A DNA stretch of 64,000 nt from an uncultured Thermoleophilia bacterium (GCA_963792995.1 CAWBYH010000013.1:9709-73708), one strand, 5' to 3'. Positions 9,879-18,952 are shown, numbered from the stretch's first letter. Translations and numbers: made by a program. The notes: generated by a model not told the origin, from the sequence alone.

Positions 9879-11227
9879 CCGCGCGAGAGCAGCCAGAGGC
9901 CGCCGACGGTGTAGAGAACCATCAGCGCCAGCATGGCGTACTGGCTGCGGAGGGCATCACTGCGGTCCCGGAAGATCGAGACCGCGCGGTCGTGCGCGAC
10001 GGCGAGGCCTGCGACATGACCGATGACGAGCGATGCAGCCTGTACGTACCAGATCGTGTTCGGCCCGAGAATCCCGATGTTCGGGAGCACGTCGGCGGTT
10101 CCGAAGAGATTCCACCCGCGGCCGAGAGGATCCGAGGCCAGTGGCGCAACGTACTGCCCCTGGAGGACGAACAGCGAGAAGTAGTGGGCGACCGCGTAGA
10201 CCAGTGCGATCGGCACGAGCGAGAGCGCGAACTCGGGCACGAGCGATCGCGGCGCCTGCACCATCGAACGAGCAATCGCGCAGGCTCCGAGGTAGGCGAG
10301 CAGGATGACTGCGATCGCGCCGATGAGGCCGGCCAGGTTGACCCCCGTCACGAGCAACTCGCCCGTTCCCGGCCGATCGAGCACGTAGGGAGCCTCGACA
10401 CGGGCGACCAGGTCCTGCCAGGCAGTCGTCCTGCTGTACCCGTCGAAGCCCACCGAGCCGAGTGCGACGGCGATGAAGACGATCGAGCCCGGCACGTGCT
10501 CCGGGCCGGCGAGGCCCGCGAGCGGAGCGCGGAGTCTGACTCGCCCGGCAGCGACCGCAAGCGGCGCGATTCGCGCGATGTACGCGAACAGGATCGCGAA
10601 TCCCTCCCCACGCTCGACCCACGTCTCCCGTCCGAAGGCGACCATACCGAAGAGCGCCACGTAGGAGTAGAGGCCGATCGCAAACGCCAGGGCCCGCGGG
10701 TTCGACGGGTCGGAGTAGCACAGCTCCATCGCGACGAACGCCAGCAGCATGACCGCACCCGGGTACCGGCCGAACCGCTCCGGGTACGCAGCGAGCGGAC
10801 GCGCCTCCCGGCCTCCCCGCTCCCAGAGCCAGACGAACGCGTCTGCGATTGCACGCCAGGGACTGAGCGCTCTCCAGACGTTGCCGAGCAGAAGCGACAG
10901 GAGCGGCAGGCCGAGCCAGAAGACGACGTACACGAATGTCGGAGCGAGGTTTGTCTGGGGATCGATCGTCCCGACGAGAGCCGAGGCGAGCACGACCGCG
11001 AAGAGGAATACCGAGAGCACCTGAGCGGCGATCCGGAGCGGGCCAAGAGCGAGTGCGGTGAAGGTAGCGCCGAGATCTCGTCCGCGGGAGTGACGCGCGA
11101 GCAGCGGCCTCTTCCAGAGGGAGCCGAGCGCGATGAACGAGACGACGAGGACGACCGCGCCGCCCCAGTAGAACAGCCACGCCGGGACGGGGAGGTCCTG
11201 GACCCCCCCGATCCCATGCGCGAGCAC
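9875..11227 (-). CDS. Multi-pass membrane protein of the actinobacterial family often annotated fenitrothion hydrolase
   Basis: N-terminal AHGIGG.QDLPVP, SLVPIA..Y..AHY, SDPLG.GWNLFG, GHV..L..AHD; family name recalled, not searched. Confidence 0.75.
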   Translation of the reverse strand: MLAHGIGGVQDLPVPAWLFYWGGAVVLVVSFIALGSLWKRPLLARHSRGRDLGATFTALALGPLRIAAQVLSVFLFAVVLASALVGTIDPQTNLAPTFVYVVFWLGLPLLSLLLGNVWRALSPWRAIADAFVWLWERGGREARPLAAYPERFGRYPGAVMLLAFVAMELCYSDPSNPRALAFAIGLYSYVALFGMVAFGRETWVERGEGFAILFAYIARIAPLAVAAGRVRLRAPLAGLAGPEHVPGSIVFIAVALGSVGFDGYSRTTAWQDLVARVEAPYVLDRPGTGELLVTGVNLAGLIGAIAVILLAYLGACAIARSMVQAPRSLVPEFALSLVPIALVYAVAHYFSLFVLQGQYVAPLASDPLGRGWNLFGTADVLPNIGILGPNTIWYVQAASLVIGHVAGLAVAHDRAVSIFRDRSDALRSQYAMLALMVLYTVGGLWLLSRG

Positions 11228-11247
11228 GTTCGGAAGGAGCGAGCCTG

Positions 11248-11601
11248 TCAGGGCCTGACCGTCAGCTGGGCGAGCAAGACGTCCGGGTGATGAAGCTCGA
11301 GCTCGAAGCGGCCCGGCACCTTGGCAACGAACTGGATCACCGTCAGCTTGCCTTTCCTGGGCACCTTCTCGATGTCATAGCCGTGCAGGTGCAGCTCCGT
11401 GCCGACGTTGGTCCAGATCACGAACCGGACGGTGCGACCCTTCTTCACAGACGGTCGCTTGATGCCCTTGACGGGCTTGCCGTCCACGGCTTTGATCTGG
11501 ATCACGACCGGCTTCGCGTTCACAGCTGCCGTGCCGGCGACGGCAGCCGTGGGTAGTGCCACCGCGACGAGCGCGACGGCGACAACGAGGATTCGACGCA
11601 T
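11248..11601 (-). CDS. Secreted cupredoxin-like protein
   Basis: Own SD (AAGGAG), signal peptide MRRILVVAVALVAVALP, ELHLHGYDI and PGRFELELHH motifs. Confidence 0.75.
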   Translation of the reverse strand: MRRILVVAVALVAVALPTAAVAGTAAVNAKPVVIQIKAVDGKPVKGIKRPSVKKGRTVRFVIWTNVGTELHLHGYDIEKVPRKGKLTVIQFVAKVPGRFELELHHPDVLLAQLTVRP

Positions 11602-11654
11602 CTGACTCTCCTTGGTCTCTTCGGGCTGCCCTCGACGGGCAACGAGGAACGAGG

Positions 11655-12177
11655 TCAGGAGGTAGCGGGAGGCCCTCGCCCTGAATGCGAGCTCGCGACC
11701 CCGCAGGCATGCCATGCCTAACGGCACGGCGGGCGCGGCCAGGGCGAACCACCAAAGAGCAGGAGGCGTGTCGCGCCGGTGCTCCGCGGCCAGCTCGTCC
11801 CCGAGCCTGCGCGCGACCTGCCAGACGATGAGTGCGAGCGGAAGTTGCAGTGCGACCCCGAGCCACAGCACGGGACTCGTCAGGAGGAACGGTAGGTGCC
11901 CGGTATGGATCAGGCGCTCGAGGTGCTCTTGCACGACGAACGCGGTGACCGCAAGCGTCGCAAGCGGAACAGGGGAGCTGCGGCGAGCGCGCGCGTCGGT
12001 TGCGATACCGAGGAGGGAGAGCGTCGCGAGGATGAGAACGATCTGCGGCGCGTGGGCGAGATAGCCGTGCACGTCTCCTGCAGGGGTCCCCGAGATCGCA
12101 TACGCGATGACGTGGCCGACGAGCACGCTCGCAGCCGCGAAGGGCACGAGCGTCAGCCAGATCAGCGAGCGGCGCAT
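11655..12177 (-). CDS. His-rich membrane protein, predicted to end ...RGPPATS* after correcting a 1-nt indel near 11680-11702
   Basis: ATG 7 nt after TACAAT; GHVIAY, HGYLAH, QEHLERLIH; RGPP and TGA in the adjacent frame at 11678-11655. Confidence 0.6.
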
Positions 12178-12230
12178 CCGTCTCATTGTACGGGCGCGAC
12201 CTGTCCCACCCGACCGTCCGCGCCCGCGCC

Positions 12231-13649
12231 TCAGGTGAGGAGCCTGGCGCGCACCATCTCGCTCACCGCGCGCGGGTCGGCCTGGCCGCCCGTCTCCTTC
12301 AGCACCTGGCCGACGAAGAACCCGAGGAGGCCCTCCTTGCCACCGCGGTATGCGGCCACCTGACCGGGGTTCGCTTCGATGATCGCGTCGATCACGGGAT
12401 CGAGCTGGGCAGCATCGCTGACGACCTCCTGCGCGAGGAACGGCTCTGCCGAGAACCCGGGCTCGCCGGCATTCGAGATCGCCTCGTCGAAGGCCGCCCG
12501 CGGGATTCGCTCGCGTGCGTTGACGAGCTTCGCGAGCTCGGCCGCATCCACCGAACCCGGATCGACGCCCGCGCCGACAAGGTTGTTCGCGATCACATTC
12601 GAGGCGGCGATCCGGTCGGCGCCTGCCGCGACGGTCGCGGCATAGAGCGCGTCGAGCCCTCCGGTGACGAGCACGAGCGCCCGGTCGAGATCGAGCTCCT
12701 TGCCAAGGCGCACGACCCGCACCGCCGGAGGCTCCGAAAGCTCGGCGCGCAGCCGCTCGATCATCTCGGTAGGTGGCTCCACCGGCACGAGGTCGGGCTC
12801 CGGGAAGTAGCGATAGTCATCCGCCTCCTCCTTGGAGCGGCGGGGCGTCAGCGTGCCCGAACCGGCGTCGAAGTCGAAGGTCTCTTGCTTCACCTCTCCC
12901 CCGGACTCCCAGACCGAGATCTGGCGGGCCGCCTCCGCCTCGATTCCGCGCGCGATGTAGTTGAACGAGTTCATGTTCTTGATCTCGCAGCGGGTGCGGA
13001 GCTCATCGGAACCGGACGGGCGGACGGAGACATTGGCGTCGACCCGCAGTGTCCCCTTCTCCATCTCTGCATCGGAGATCCCGAGCTCGACAACGGTCTG
13101 CCGGAGCAGGAGGAGGAAGCGCTTGGCCTCCTCCGCGGAGCGGATGTCCGGACCGGTGACGATCTCGAGCAGCGGCGTGCCACCGCGGTTGTAGTCGACG
13201 AGCGAGTACTCGGCGCCGCCGATCCGGCCGGACTGCCCACCCATGTGCACGGTCTTGGCAGCGTCCTCCTCGAGGTGCGCGCGCACGATGCCGACGACGA
13301 GCTCACCTTCGGCCATGGGAACTATCAACCTGCCATTAATGCAAGATGGCATATCATATTGTGATATCTGATAGCCCTTCGGAAGATCGGGGTAGAAGTA
13401 GTTCTTCCGTGCGAAGACCGCCCGCGGCGCGATCTCGCAGCCGAGAGCGAGACCGAGCTTCACCGTCCACTCGATCGCCGTCCGGTTCATGACCGGCAGC
13501 GCCCCGGGGAAGCCGAGGCATACCGGGCACGTCTGCGTGTTCTCCGCCGCCCCGTAACCGGCCGTGCAACGGCAGAACATCTTCGTCCTCGTCTTCAGCT
13601 GAACGTGAATCTCCAGCCCGACGACCGTCTCCCACGTTGCCGTGGTCAC
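12231..13649 (-). CDS. gatB: Asp/Glu-tRNA amidotransferase subunit B
   Basis: GLEIHVQL, RKNYFYPDLPKGYQISQ, HLEEDAAK, YRYFPEPDL. Confidence 0.97.
   Translation of the reverse strand: MTTATWETVVGLEIHVQLKTRTKMFCRCTAGYGAAENTQTCPVCLGFPGALPVMNRTAIEWTVKLGLALGCEIAPRAVFARKNYFYPDLPKGYQISQYDMPSCINGRLIVPMAEGELVVGIVRAHLEEDAAKTVHMGGQSGRIGGAEYSLVDYNRGGTPLLEIVTGPDIRSAEEAKRFLLLLRQTVVELGISDAEMEKGTLRVDANVSVRPSGSDELRTRCEIKNMNSFNYIARGIEAEAARQISVWESGGEVKQETFDFDAGSGTLTPRRSKEEADDYRYFPEPDLVPVEPPTEMIERLRAELSEPPAVRVVRLGKELDLDRALVLVTGGLDALYAATVAAGADRIAASNVIANNLVGAGVDPGSVDAAELAKLVNARERIPRAAFDEAISNAGEPGFSAEPFLAQEVVSDAAQLDPVIDAIIEANPGQVAAYRGGKEGLLGFFVGQVLKETGGQADPRAVSEMVRARLLT
13317..13377. other. AT-rich inverted-repeat element inside gatB
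   Basis: CTATCA(13322-27)/TGATAG(13369-74) encloses TGCCAT/ATGGCA and ATATCA/TGATAT; 35 of 54 bases in 13321-13374 are A/T. Confidence 0.7.
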
Positions 13650-15091
13650 GGTCCGGGCTCCGACGGCGGAGAGGCTGACGTCTCTCCTCGCAGCCTCGTG
13701 GGGACGGTGTCGAAACCGATCGCCTGCTCGAGCGCGTGGCCGGCGCGGAAGAGCGCGTTCTCACCGAACTGGGAGCCGATCAACTGCAACCCGACGGGGA
13801 GGCCGTCGGAGAGCCCGGACGGGATGTTCAGTCCCGGCAGGCCAGCGAGGCACGAAGGGATCGTCATCACGTCGCAGGCGTACATCGCAAGCGGGTCCGC
13901 GGCGCGGTCACCGATCGGGAACGCCACGGTGGGCGACGTCGGCGTCGCGATGACGTCGAACTCCGCGAGTGCAGCGCGGTGCTCGCGAATCAACAGCGTT
14001 CGCACCCGCTGCGCCTGCCCGTAGTAGGCGTCGTAGTACCCCGCCGAAAGCGCATACGTACCGAGCATGATGCGGCGCTTCGGCTCGTCGCCGAAGCCGG
14101 CGTCGCGGGTCTGCTCGACCATCTCACGATAGGTCGGCGCTTCGACCCTGGGGCCGTACCGCACCCCGTCGTACCGCGCCAGGTTCGAGGAGGCCTCGGC
14201 GGGAGCGATCAGGTAGTAGCACGCCATCCCGTAGTCGAACGAGAGCGGCAGGTCGCACTCCCCGATAACGGCGCCGAGCGAGCGAGCCGTCTCGATCGCG
14301 GCCTCGAACGAGGCCATCACGCCCGACTCGATACCGGCGAGCTCCCACACCTGCTTCGGGATGCCGATCCGGACACCGTCCAGGCGCTCGGCGGTCGGCA
14401 ACTCGACGGCCTCGGGAAGGTCGACCGTGGTCGAATCGTTCTCGTCGCGGCCCGCGATGATCGAGTAGAGCAGCGCCACGTCCCGCACGGTCTTCGCCAC
14501 GGGGCCGATCTGGTCGAGGCTCGAGGCAAACGCGACGATGCCGTAGCGCGACACCGTGCCGTACGTCGGTCGCAGTCCAACGTTCCCGCAGAGCGCCGAT
14601 GGCTGCTTGATCGAGCCGCCGGTGTCCGAGCCGAGGCCCCATGGGGCGAGTCCGCCTGACACCGCGGCCGCCGTGCCGCCCCCCGAGCCGCCCGGCACCC
14701 GGGTGGGGTCCCAGGGATTTCGTGAAGGCCCGTACGCCGAGTTCTCGGTCGACGAGCCCATTGCAAACTCGTCGGTGTTCGTCTTCCCGAGGACAGGCAT
14801 ACCCGCCGCCTTGCAGCGTGCGGCGACGGTTGCGTCGAACACCGGGACGTACCCCGCAAGGATCTTCGAGCCGGCGGTCGTCTCGATTCCCTTCGTCGAG
14901 ATCACGTCCTTGAGCGCGATCGGGACGCCGGTTCCCCCGGCGTCGTCGACGACGCGCAGGTAGGCGTGGAGCTCGTCGTTACGCGCCCCTGCAGCCGCCA
15001 GATAGGCAGCGTGGAGCTCCGCCGTCGAGATCTCACGGCTCTCGATGAGCGCGATCGCCTTCTCGGCAGTGAGGCGGAGCGTGTCGATCAC
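13646..15091 (-). CDS. gatA: Asp/Glu-tRNA amidotransferase subunit A
   Basis: Amidase signature GGSGGG, GSDTGGSIKQP, SSNLARYDGVRYG. Confidence 0.97.
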   Translation of the reverse strand: MIDTLRLTAEKAIALIESREISTAELHAAYLAAAGARNDELHAYLRVVDDAGGTGVPIALKDVISTKGIETTAGSKILAGYVPVFDATVAARCKAAGMPVLGKTNTDEFAMGSSTENSAYGPSRNPWDPTRVPGGSGGGTAAAVSGGLAPWGLGSDTGGSIKQPSALCGNVGLRPTYGTVSRYGIVAFASSLDQIGPVAKTVRDVALLYSIIAGRDENDSTTVDLPEAVELPTAERLDGVRIGIPKQVWELAGIESGVMASFEAAIETARSLGAVIGECDLPLSFDYGMACYYLIAPAEASSNLARYDGVRYGPRVEAPTYREMVEQTRDAGFGDEPKRRIMLGTYALSAGYYDAYYGQAQRVRTLLIREHRAALAEFDVIATPTSPTVAFPIGDRAADPLAMYACDVMTIPSCLAGLPGLNIPSGLSDGLPVGLQLIGSQFGENALFRAGHALEQAIGFDTVPTRLRGETSASPPSEPGP

Positions 15092-15390
15092 GCGGATACC
15101 TCGGGGCCATGCGACGGCGGGACACGGAACAGGTCGCCCTCAAGCGCCGGAGCGTTCGCGAGCGCGTCAGCGAGATCGAGGGACGCCCGCGGCTCGTCGT
15201 CGGACCAGACGTTTACGAGATCGAGCGGGTGGGACGTCGGCGGCACGTCGGCGAGATCGAGCTCGGCCACCTTCGAGACCGCCTCGAGGATCGCACCGAG
15301 CTCGAGCGTCAGCCGGTCGGTCTCGTCCTCCGTGAGGTCGAGACGCGCGAGCCGCGCCACGCGAACCACCGTTTCCCTGTCAATCGCCAT
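15088..15390 (-). CDS. gatC: Asp/Glu-tRNA amidotransferase subunit C
   Basis: VARLARL, PTSHP, ANAP, F.VP; first gene of gatCAB. Confidence 0.95.
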   Translation of the reverse strand: MAIDRETVVRVARLARLDLTEDETDRLTLELGAILEAVSKVAELDLADVPPTSHPLDLVNVWSDDEPRASLDLADALANAPALEGDLFRVPPSHGPEVSA

Positions 15391-15425
15391 CCCGCTCCCA
15401 TCCTGTCAGACCCTGGATCACGCCA

Positions 15426-15456
15426 GAAAGACAACGGGCCCCTTCCGGGGCCCGTC
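15426..15456 (-). terminator. Intrinsic terminator of the cold-shock gene
   Basis: ACGGGCCCC-GGAA-GGGGCCCGT hairpin followed by TGTCTTTCT on the minus strand. Confidence 0.8.
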
Positions 15457-15479
15457 GCACGAAGCTCGAATCCGGAAAG

Positions 15480-15686
15480 CTATGCAGCCGCCGTGACGTT
15501 CGCCGCCTGAGCGCCTTTCGGCCCCTGGACGACCTCGAACTCCACCTTCTGTCCCTCGGTGAGGGACTTGTATCCGTCCATAGTGATTGCCGAGAAGTGG
15601 ACGAATACGTCCTCTCCGCCTTCGCGCTCGATGAACCCGAAGCCCTTCTCGTTCGAAAACCACTTGACGGTGCCAATCTCTGACAA
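15480..15686 (-). CDS. Cold-shock protein (CspA family)
   Basis: [21 protein letters not shown]; TTG start with AGGAGG SD. Confidence 0.96.
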   Translation of the reverse strand: MSEIGTVKWFSNEKGFGFIEREGGEDVFVHFSAITMDGYKSLTEGQKVEFEVVQGPKGAQAANVTAAA

Positions 15687-15761
15687 CGAACGTCCTCCTG
15701 AACCGTGTACGACCCCGCGGACGAAACCGTACGACTTAACGAAGCGGCCAGAACGGTACCG

Positions 15762-16616
15762 TCACGAACCCGGGAAAGCAAGCAGGCCACGCCGATAGCG
15801 GGCCGCCTTGAGCGTGCTCTGCAGCAACATCGCGATCGTCATGGGGCCGGTTCCGCCGGGCATCGGAGTCAGAAATCCCGCCACGCTCGCCACCGAGGCA
15901 TCGATGTCGCCGCGGATTCCCTCGTCCGTTCGGGTCAGGCCGACGTCGAGGCATGCGGCGCCTGGCTTGACCATGTCGGGCGTCACGATCCCCGGCCGGC
16001 CAACGGCCGCGACGACGATGTCCGCCCGGCGTACGTGCGCTGCGAGGTCGACGGTGCGAGAGTGACAGACCGTGACGGTGGCGTTCGCGTGCATGAGGAG
16101 CATCGCCATCGGCCGACCGACGATCTCGCTCCTTCCGATCACGACCGCTTCCTTCCCAGACGGATCGACGCCGTAGGCTCGGAGCAGCTCCATGCAGCCA
16201 GACGGTGTCGCGGGCACGTGGATCGGCGTCCCGAGGTACAGGTTGCCTGCATTCACCGGATGGAACCCGTCGACGTCCTTCGCCGGCGAGACCGCGTAGG
16301 TCACCTTCGTCTCACTCATCTGCGACGGCAGGGGCAGCTGGACGAGGATCCCGTCGACCTCCGAGTCGTTGTTCAGCTCGTCGACAAGCGAGAGCACCTC
16401 GGCTTCCGTCGTATCAGGCGAGAGCCGGATGTCCCTCGCGTCGATGCCCGCTTCGGTCGCAGCCTTGTGCTTCGCGGCGATGTAGACATGCGAGGCCGGA
16501 TCGTCCCCGACGAGCACGGTTGCGAGGCCAACGTGGCGGAGCTCTGCGACCTCACGTGCCACGTCTTCGCGCACCGTCGTCGCGAGAGCCTTCCCGTCCA
16601 TGCTGATCGCAGTCAT
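15762..16616 (-). CDS. folD: Bifunctional methylene-THF dehydrogenase/cyclohydrolase
   Basis: Y...K, ILVQLPLP, KDVDGF, GRSEIVG, TPMPGGTGPMT. Confidence 0.95.
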   Translation of the reverse strand: MTAISMDGKALATTVREDVAREVAELRHVGLATVLVGDDPASHVYIAAKHKAATEAGIDARDIRLSPDTTEAEVLSLVDELNNDSEVDGILVQLPLPSQMSETKVTYAVSPAKDVDGFHPVNAGNLYLGTPIHVPATPSGCMELLRAYGVDPSGKEAVVIGRSEIVGRPMAMLLMHANATVTVCHSRTVDLAAHVRRADIVVAAVGRPGIVTPDMVKPGAACLDVGLTRTDEGIRGDIDASVASVAGFLTPMPGGTGPMTIAMLLQSTLKAARYRRGLLAFPGS

Positions 16617-16669
16617 GCCCGCGACTCTAGTCGAACGTCGTCGGGCGACGGTGCGTCAGACACGGCCTC

Positions 16670-16697
16670 TCAACTCGTTGGCCGACCCTGCCGATAT
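16670..16697 (+). promoter_or_regulatory. Putative sigma-28/WhiG promoter
   Basis: TCAA-N16-GCCGATAT versus consensus TAAA-N15/16-GCCGATAA. Confidence 0.6.
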
Positions 16698-16751
16698 ATG
16701 ACATGAGGAGCGCACGCTGGGCTCCTGCCATCCGCCGAATCGAGCACGCCG

Positions 16752-17030
16752 GTGACCATCATGAGGATTGTCCTTGTCGGAGCCACGATCGTCGTGCTGA
16801 TGGTGGTTGCGCAGGATCGGCGCTGGCCCCAGAAGGCGGGAGTCGTGGGTGTCTGTACCGCCGCCAGCGCGCCCGCGTCGGCGCCGACCGGGTTCTGGTA
16901 CACGTGCAAAGAGGGCATCATCAACGGCTTCCCGAACCTCGAGGCGGACCGTTGCAACAACATCGCGATCGTCCAGCACCGCGAGGTCTGGCAGTGCGAC
17001 GTACCGCTCGCGTCGCTACCCGGCGCGTGA
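16752..17030 (+). CDS. Small secreted or membrane-anchored protein with 4 Cys
   Basis: N-terminal hydrophobic helix; GVC, YTC, DRC, WQC. Confidence 0.65.
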   Translation: MTIMRIVLVGATIVVLMVVAQDRRWPQKAGVVGVCTAASAPASAPTGFWYTCKEGIINGFPNLEADRCNNIAIVQHREVWQCDVPLASLPGA

Positions 17031-17990
17031 CCGCCTGACGGCGATCCCGGTCAACGTCTCGCGAACGATCCGCTCGGCCACGAGGGCGGTGATGTCCGCC
17101 GAACCGACGCTCGTAGGTATCACCTCGACGACGTCCATGCCGACGAGCCGCAGGCGGGTCGCAAGCTCCCGACACGCCCAGAGAAGATCACCGCTCGTCA
17201 TTCCGCCAGGCTCGGGTGTCCCCGTTCCGGGAGCGAATGAAGGGTCGAGCACATCGACGTCGACCGTGAGGAAGGTCGGCGCGTCGCCGACGATCGCGAG
17301 CGTCTCCTCGACCACCGCACGAATACCGCAGTCGCGCAGGTCGTGCATGAAGAGGCTCGTGATGCCGTGCTCCTCCTGCCACGTGAACTCATGCTCTCCC
17401 GGCCAGTATCCCCGCAGGCCAATCTGCACGTACCTCGAGCCATCGACGTGGCCGTCGCGCACAAGCCGGAACATCGGCGTTCCGTGTGAGATCTCGACAC
17501 CGAAAACCTCCTCTCCCGTGTCCGAGTGCGTGTCGAAGTGGACGAGCGCCACGGGGCCGTGGTGCGCCGCAACTGCCTTCACGTTCGGCTCCGTGATCGA
17601 GTGGTCTCCTCCGAGAACGACGGGTATCGCGCCTGCCGCGACGACCTGGCCAACCGTTCGCTCGATCGCCGCGTGACTGCGAGCTGGATCCGCCGGCAGT
17701 ACCGGGGCATCGCCGAAGTCGACAACCCTCAGCTCCTCCATCGCGTCGATCTTCGCCTCGAGGTGTGGGCCGGGCGGACAGCTTGCGGCGCGAATCGCAC
17801 GCGGCCCGAACCTCGTTCCCGGTCGATCGGACGTCAGGTCGTCCATCGGCGCCCCGAGGACAGCGACGTCGACCCCGTCGAGATCGGCCGCGTCGTGGGT
17901 AAACGGCAGGGCGGAGTAGGTGAGAAGCCCGGCGTAGTCCGGCTTGTCGTCGAGGCCGAGCTCGCGCCAGCGCTCGAGGGGATCGATCAT
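17016..17990 (-). CDS. speB: Agmatinase/ureohydrolase
   Basis: GGDHS, DTHSD, DVDVLDPSFAPGTGTP. Confidence 0.92.
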   Translation of the reverse strand: MIDPLERWRELGLDDKPDYAGLLTYSALPFTHDAADLDGVDVAVLGAPMDDLTSDRPGTRFGPRAIRAASCPPGPHLEAKIDAMEELRVVDFGDAPVLPADPARSHAAIERTVGQVVAAGAIPVVLGGDHSITEPNVKAVAAHHGPVALVHFDTHSDTGEEVFGVEISHGTPMFRLVRDGHVDGSRYVQIGLRGYWPGEHEFTWQEEHGITSLFMHDLRDCGIRAVVEETLAIVGDAPTFLTVDVDVLDPSFAPGTGTPEPGGMTSGDLLWACRELATRLRLVGMDVVEVIPTSVGSADITALVAERIVRETLTGIAVRRSRAG

Positions 17991-18022
17991 GTGCTGATCC
18001 TATGCGCGCCTAGACTGCGCAT

Positions 18023-18925
18023 GTGGAGAGCAGCCCGCGGGATCGCGTCCAGACCGCCTCCCGGATCGTCGCCCTCGCATTCGTGATCCTCTGGCTGTTC
18101 TCGACGCGCCTCCAAGCGACCGTTCCGTTCTGGCTCCCGTTCGTCGTCCTCCTCGCAATGGAGGCCGAGTTCGTCGTGCGCGGCGTCCGGGAGCGGCGGG
18201 CCGAGACGCCGACACCACCCGCGTCGCGCCGCCTGCCGGGGGCGGACGATGCCGACCTGGGCTGGGTCGAGAGCGTGGACGGGGAGGGTGAGCCGATCCT
18301 CGTGCCGGCTGCTCCGCGGGCACGTCGGAGGTCCCGTGGCCCCGCCGCCCTCGTGCTCGTCGTCGGTGTTGTCCTGTTCGCCTTCGCCTACCGCGTCGAC
18401 GGCGAGGCCGGGTGGTCCGCAGTCGGGCGTACCGACCGGGACCGCGCCGAGATGCGTTTCACGACCGAGGCGTCCCGCATCGCGGGTCACGCAGTGCGCG
18501 TCTACTGCGACGACACGTACGCCTTCACCGGCGTTGGGTCGGATGCCGCTGGCGCCGCCTTCATTCCTCGCGCGCTTGCCTACCTCGAGCCGACGGTCTG
18601 TCGCTCGCTGTATCGGATCGCGTTCGAGGACAAGCTCGGCCCTCGCGACGAGGCGGCATTTGCGATCGCCGTGCTGGCGCACGAGGCCACCCACCTCCGC
18701 GGAATCCGCAACGAGGCTGAGACGGAGTGTTACGCGCTCCAGGAAGGCGTGGAGCTCGGGCGCCGCCTGGGCCTCGATGCGGCAACGGCGAGAGGGCTGA
18801 TGGAGGCTCAGCAGTCGCGCGATCTCTCCGACGCGAGCATCGCGCGACTCGACTACCGCCTGCCGGCCGAGTGCCGAAACGGTGGCTCGCTCGATCTCCG
18901 GCCGAACGACCCGGGCTTCCCGTAG
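18023..18925 (+). CDS. Membrane protein with C-terminal zincin-like HExxH domain
   Basis: Three TM segments; LAHEATH...NEAETECYA; TAGACT 6 nt before GTG. Confidence 0.65.
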   Translation: MESSPRDRVQTASRIVALAFVILWLFSTRLQATVPFWLPFVVLLAMEAEFVVRGVRERRAETPTPPASRRLPGADDADLGWVESVDGEGEPILVPAAPRARRRSRGPAALVLVVGVVLFAFAYRVDGEAGWSAVGRTDRDRAEMRFTTEASRIAGHAVRVYCDDTYAFTGVGSDAAGAAFIPRALAYLEPTVCRSLYRIAFEDKLGPRDEAAFAIAVLAHEATHLRGIRNEAETECYALQEGVELGRRLGLDAATARGLMEAQQSRDLSDASIARLDYRLPAECRNGGSLDLRPNDPGFP

Positions 18926-18952
18926 GCCGGACGACGTCGACCGTGCGGTCTT

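Noticed and set aside
11248-12186. 312-aa membrane-cupredoxin fusion in the ORF track
   Set aside because: An internal SD and signal peptide at 11601 and an adjacent-frame RGPP stop indicate two genes.
13321-13374. gatB patch as canonical dif, parS, oriC or Fur box
   Set aside because: No TTATGTNAA XerD arm, no GTTTCACGTGAAAC, no DnaA boxes, and no GATAATGATAATCATTATC match; kept as an unexplained element.
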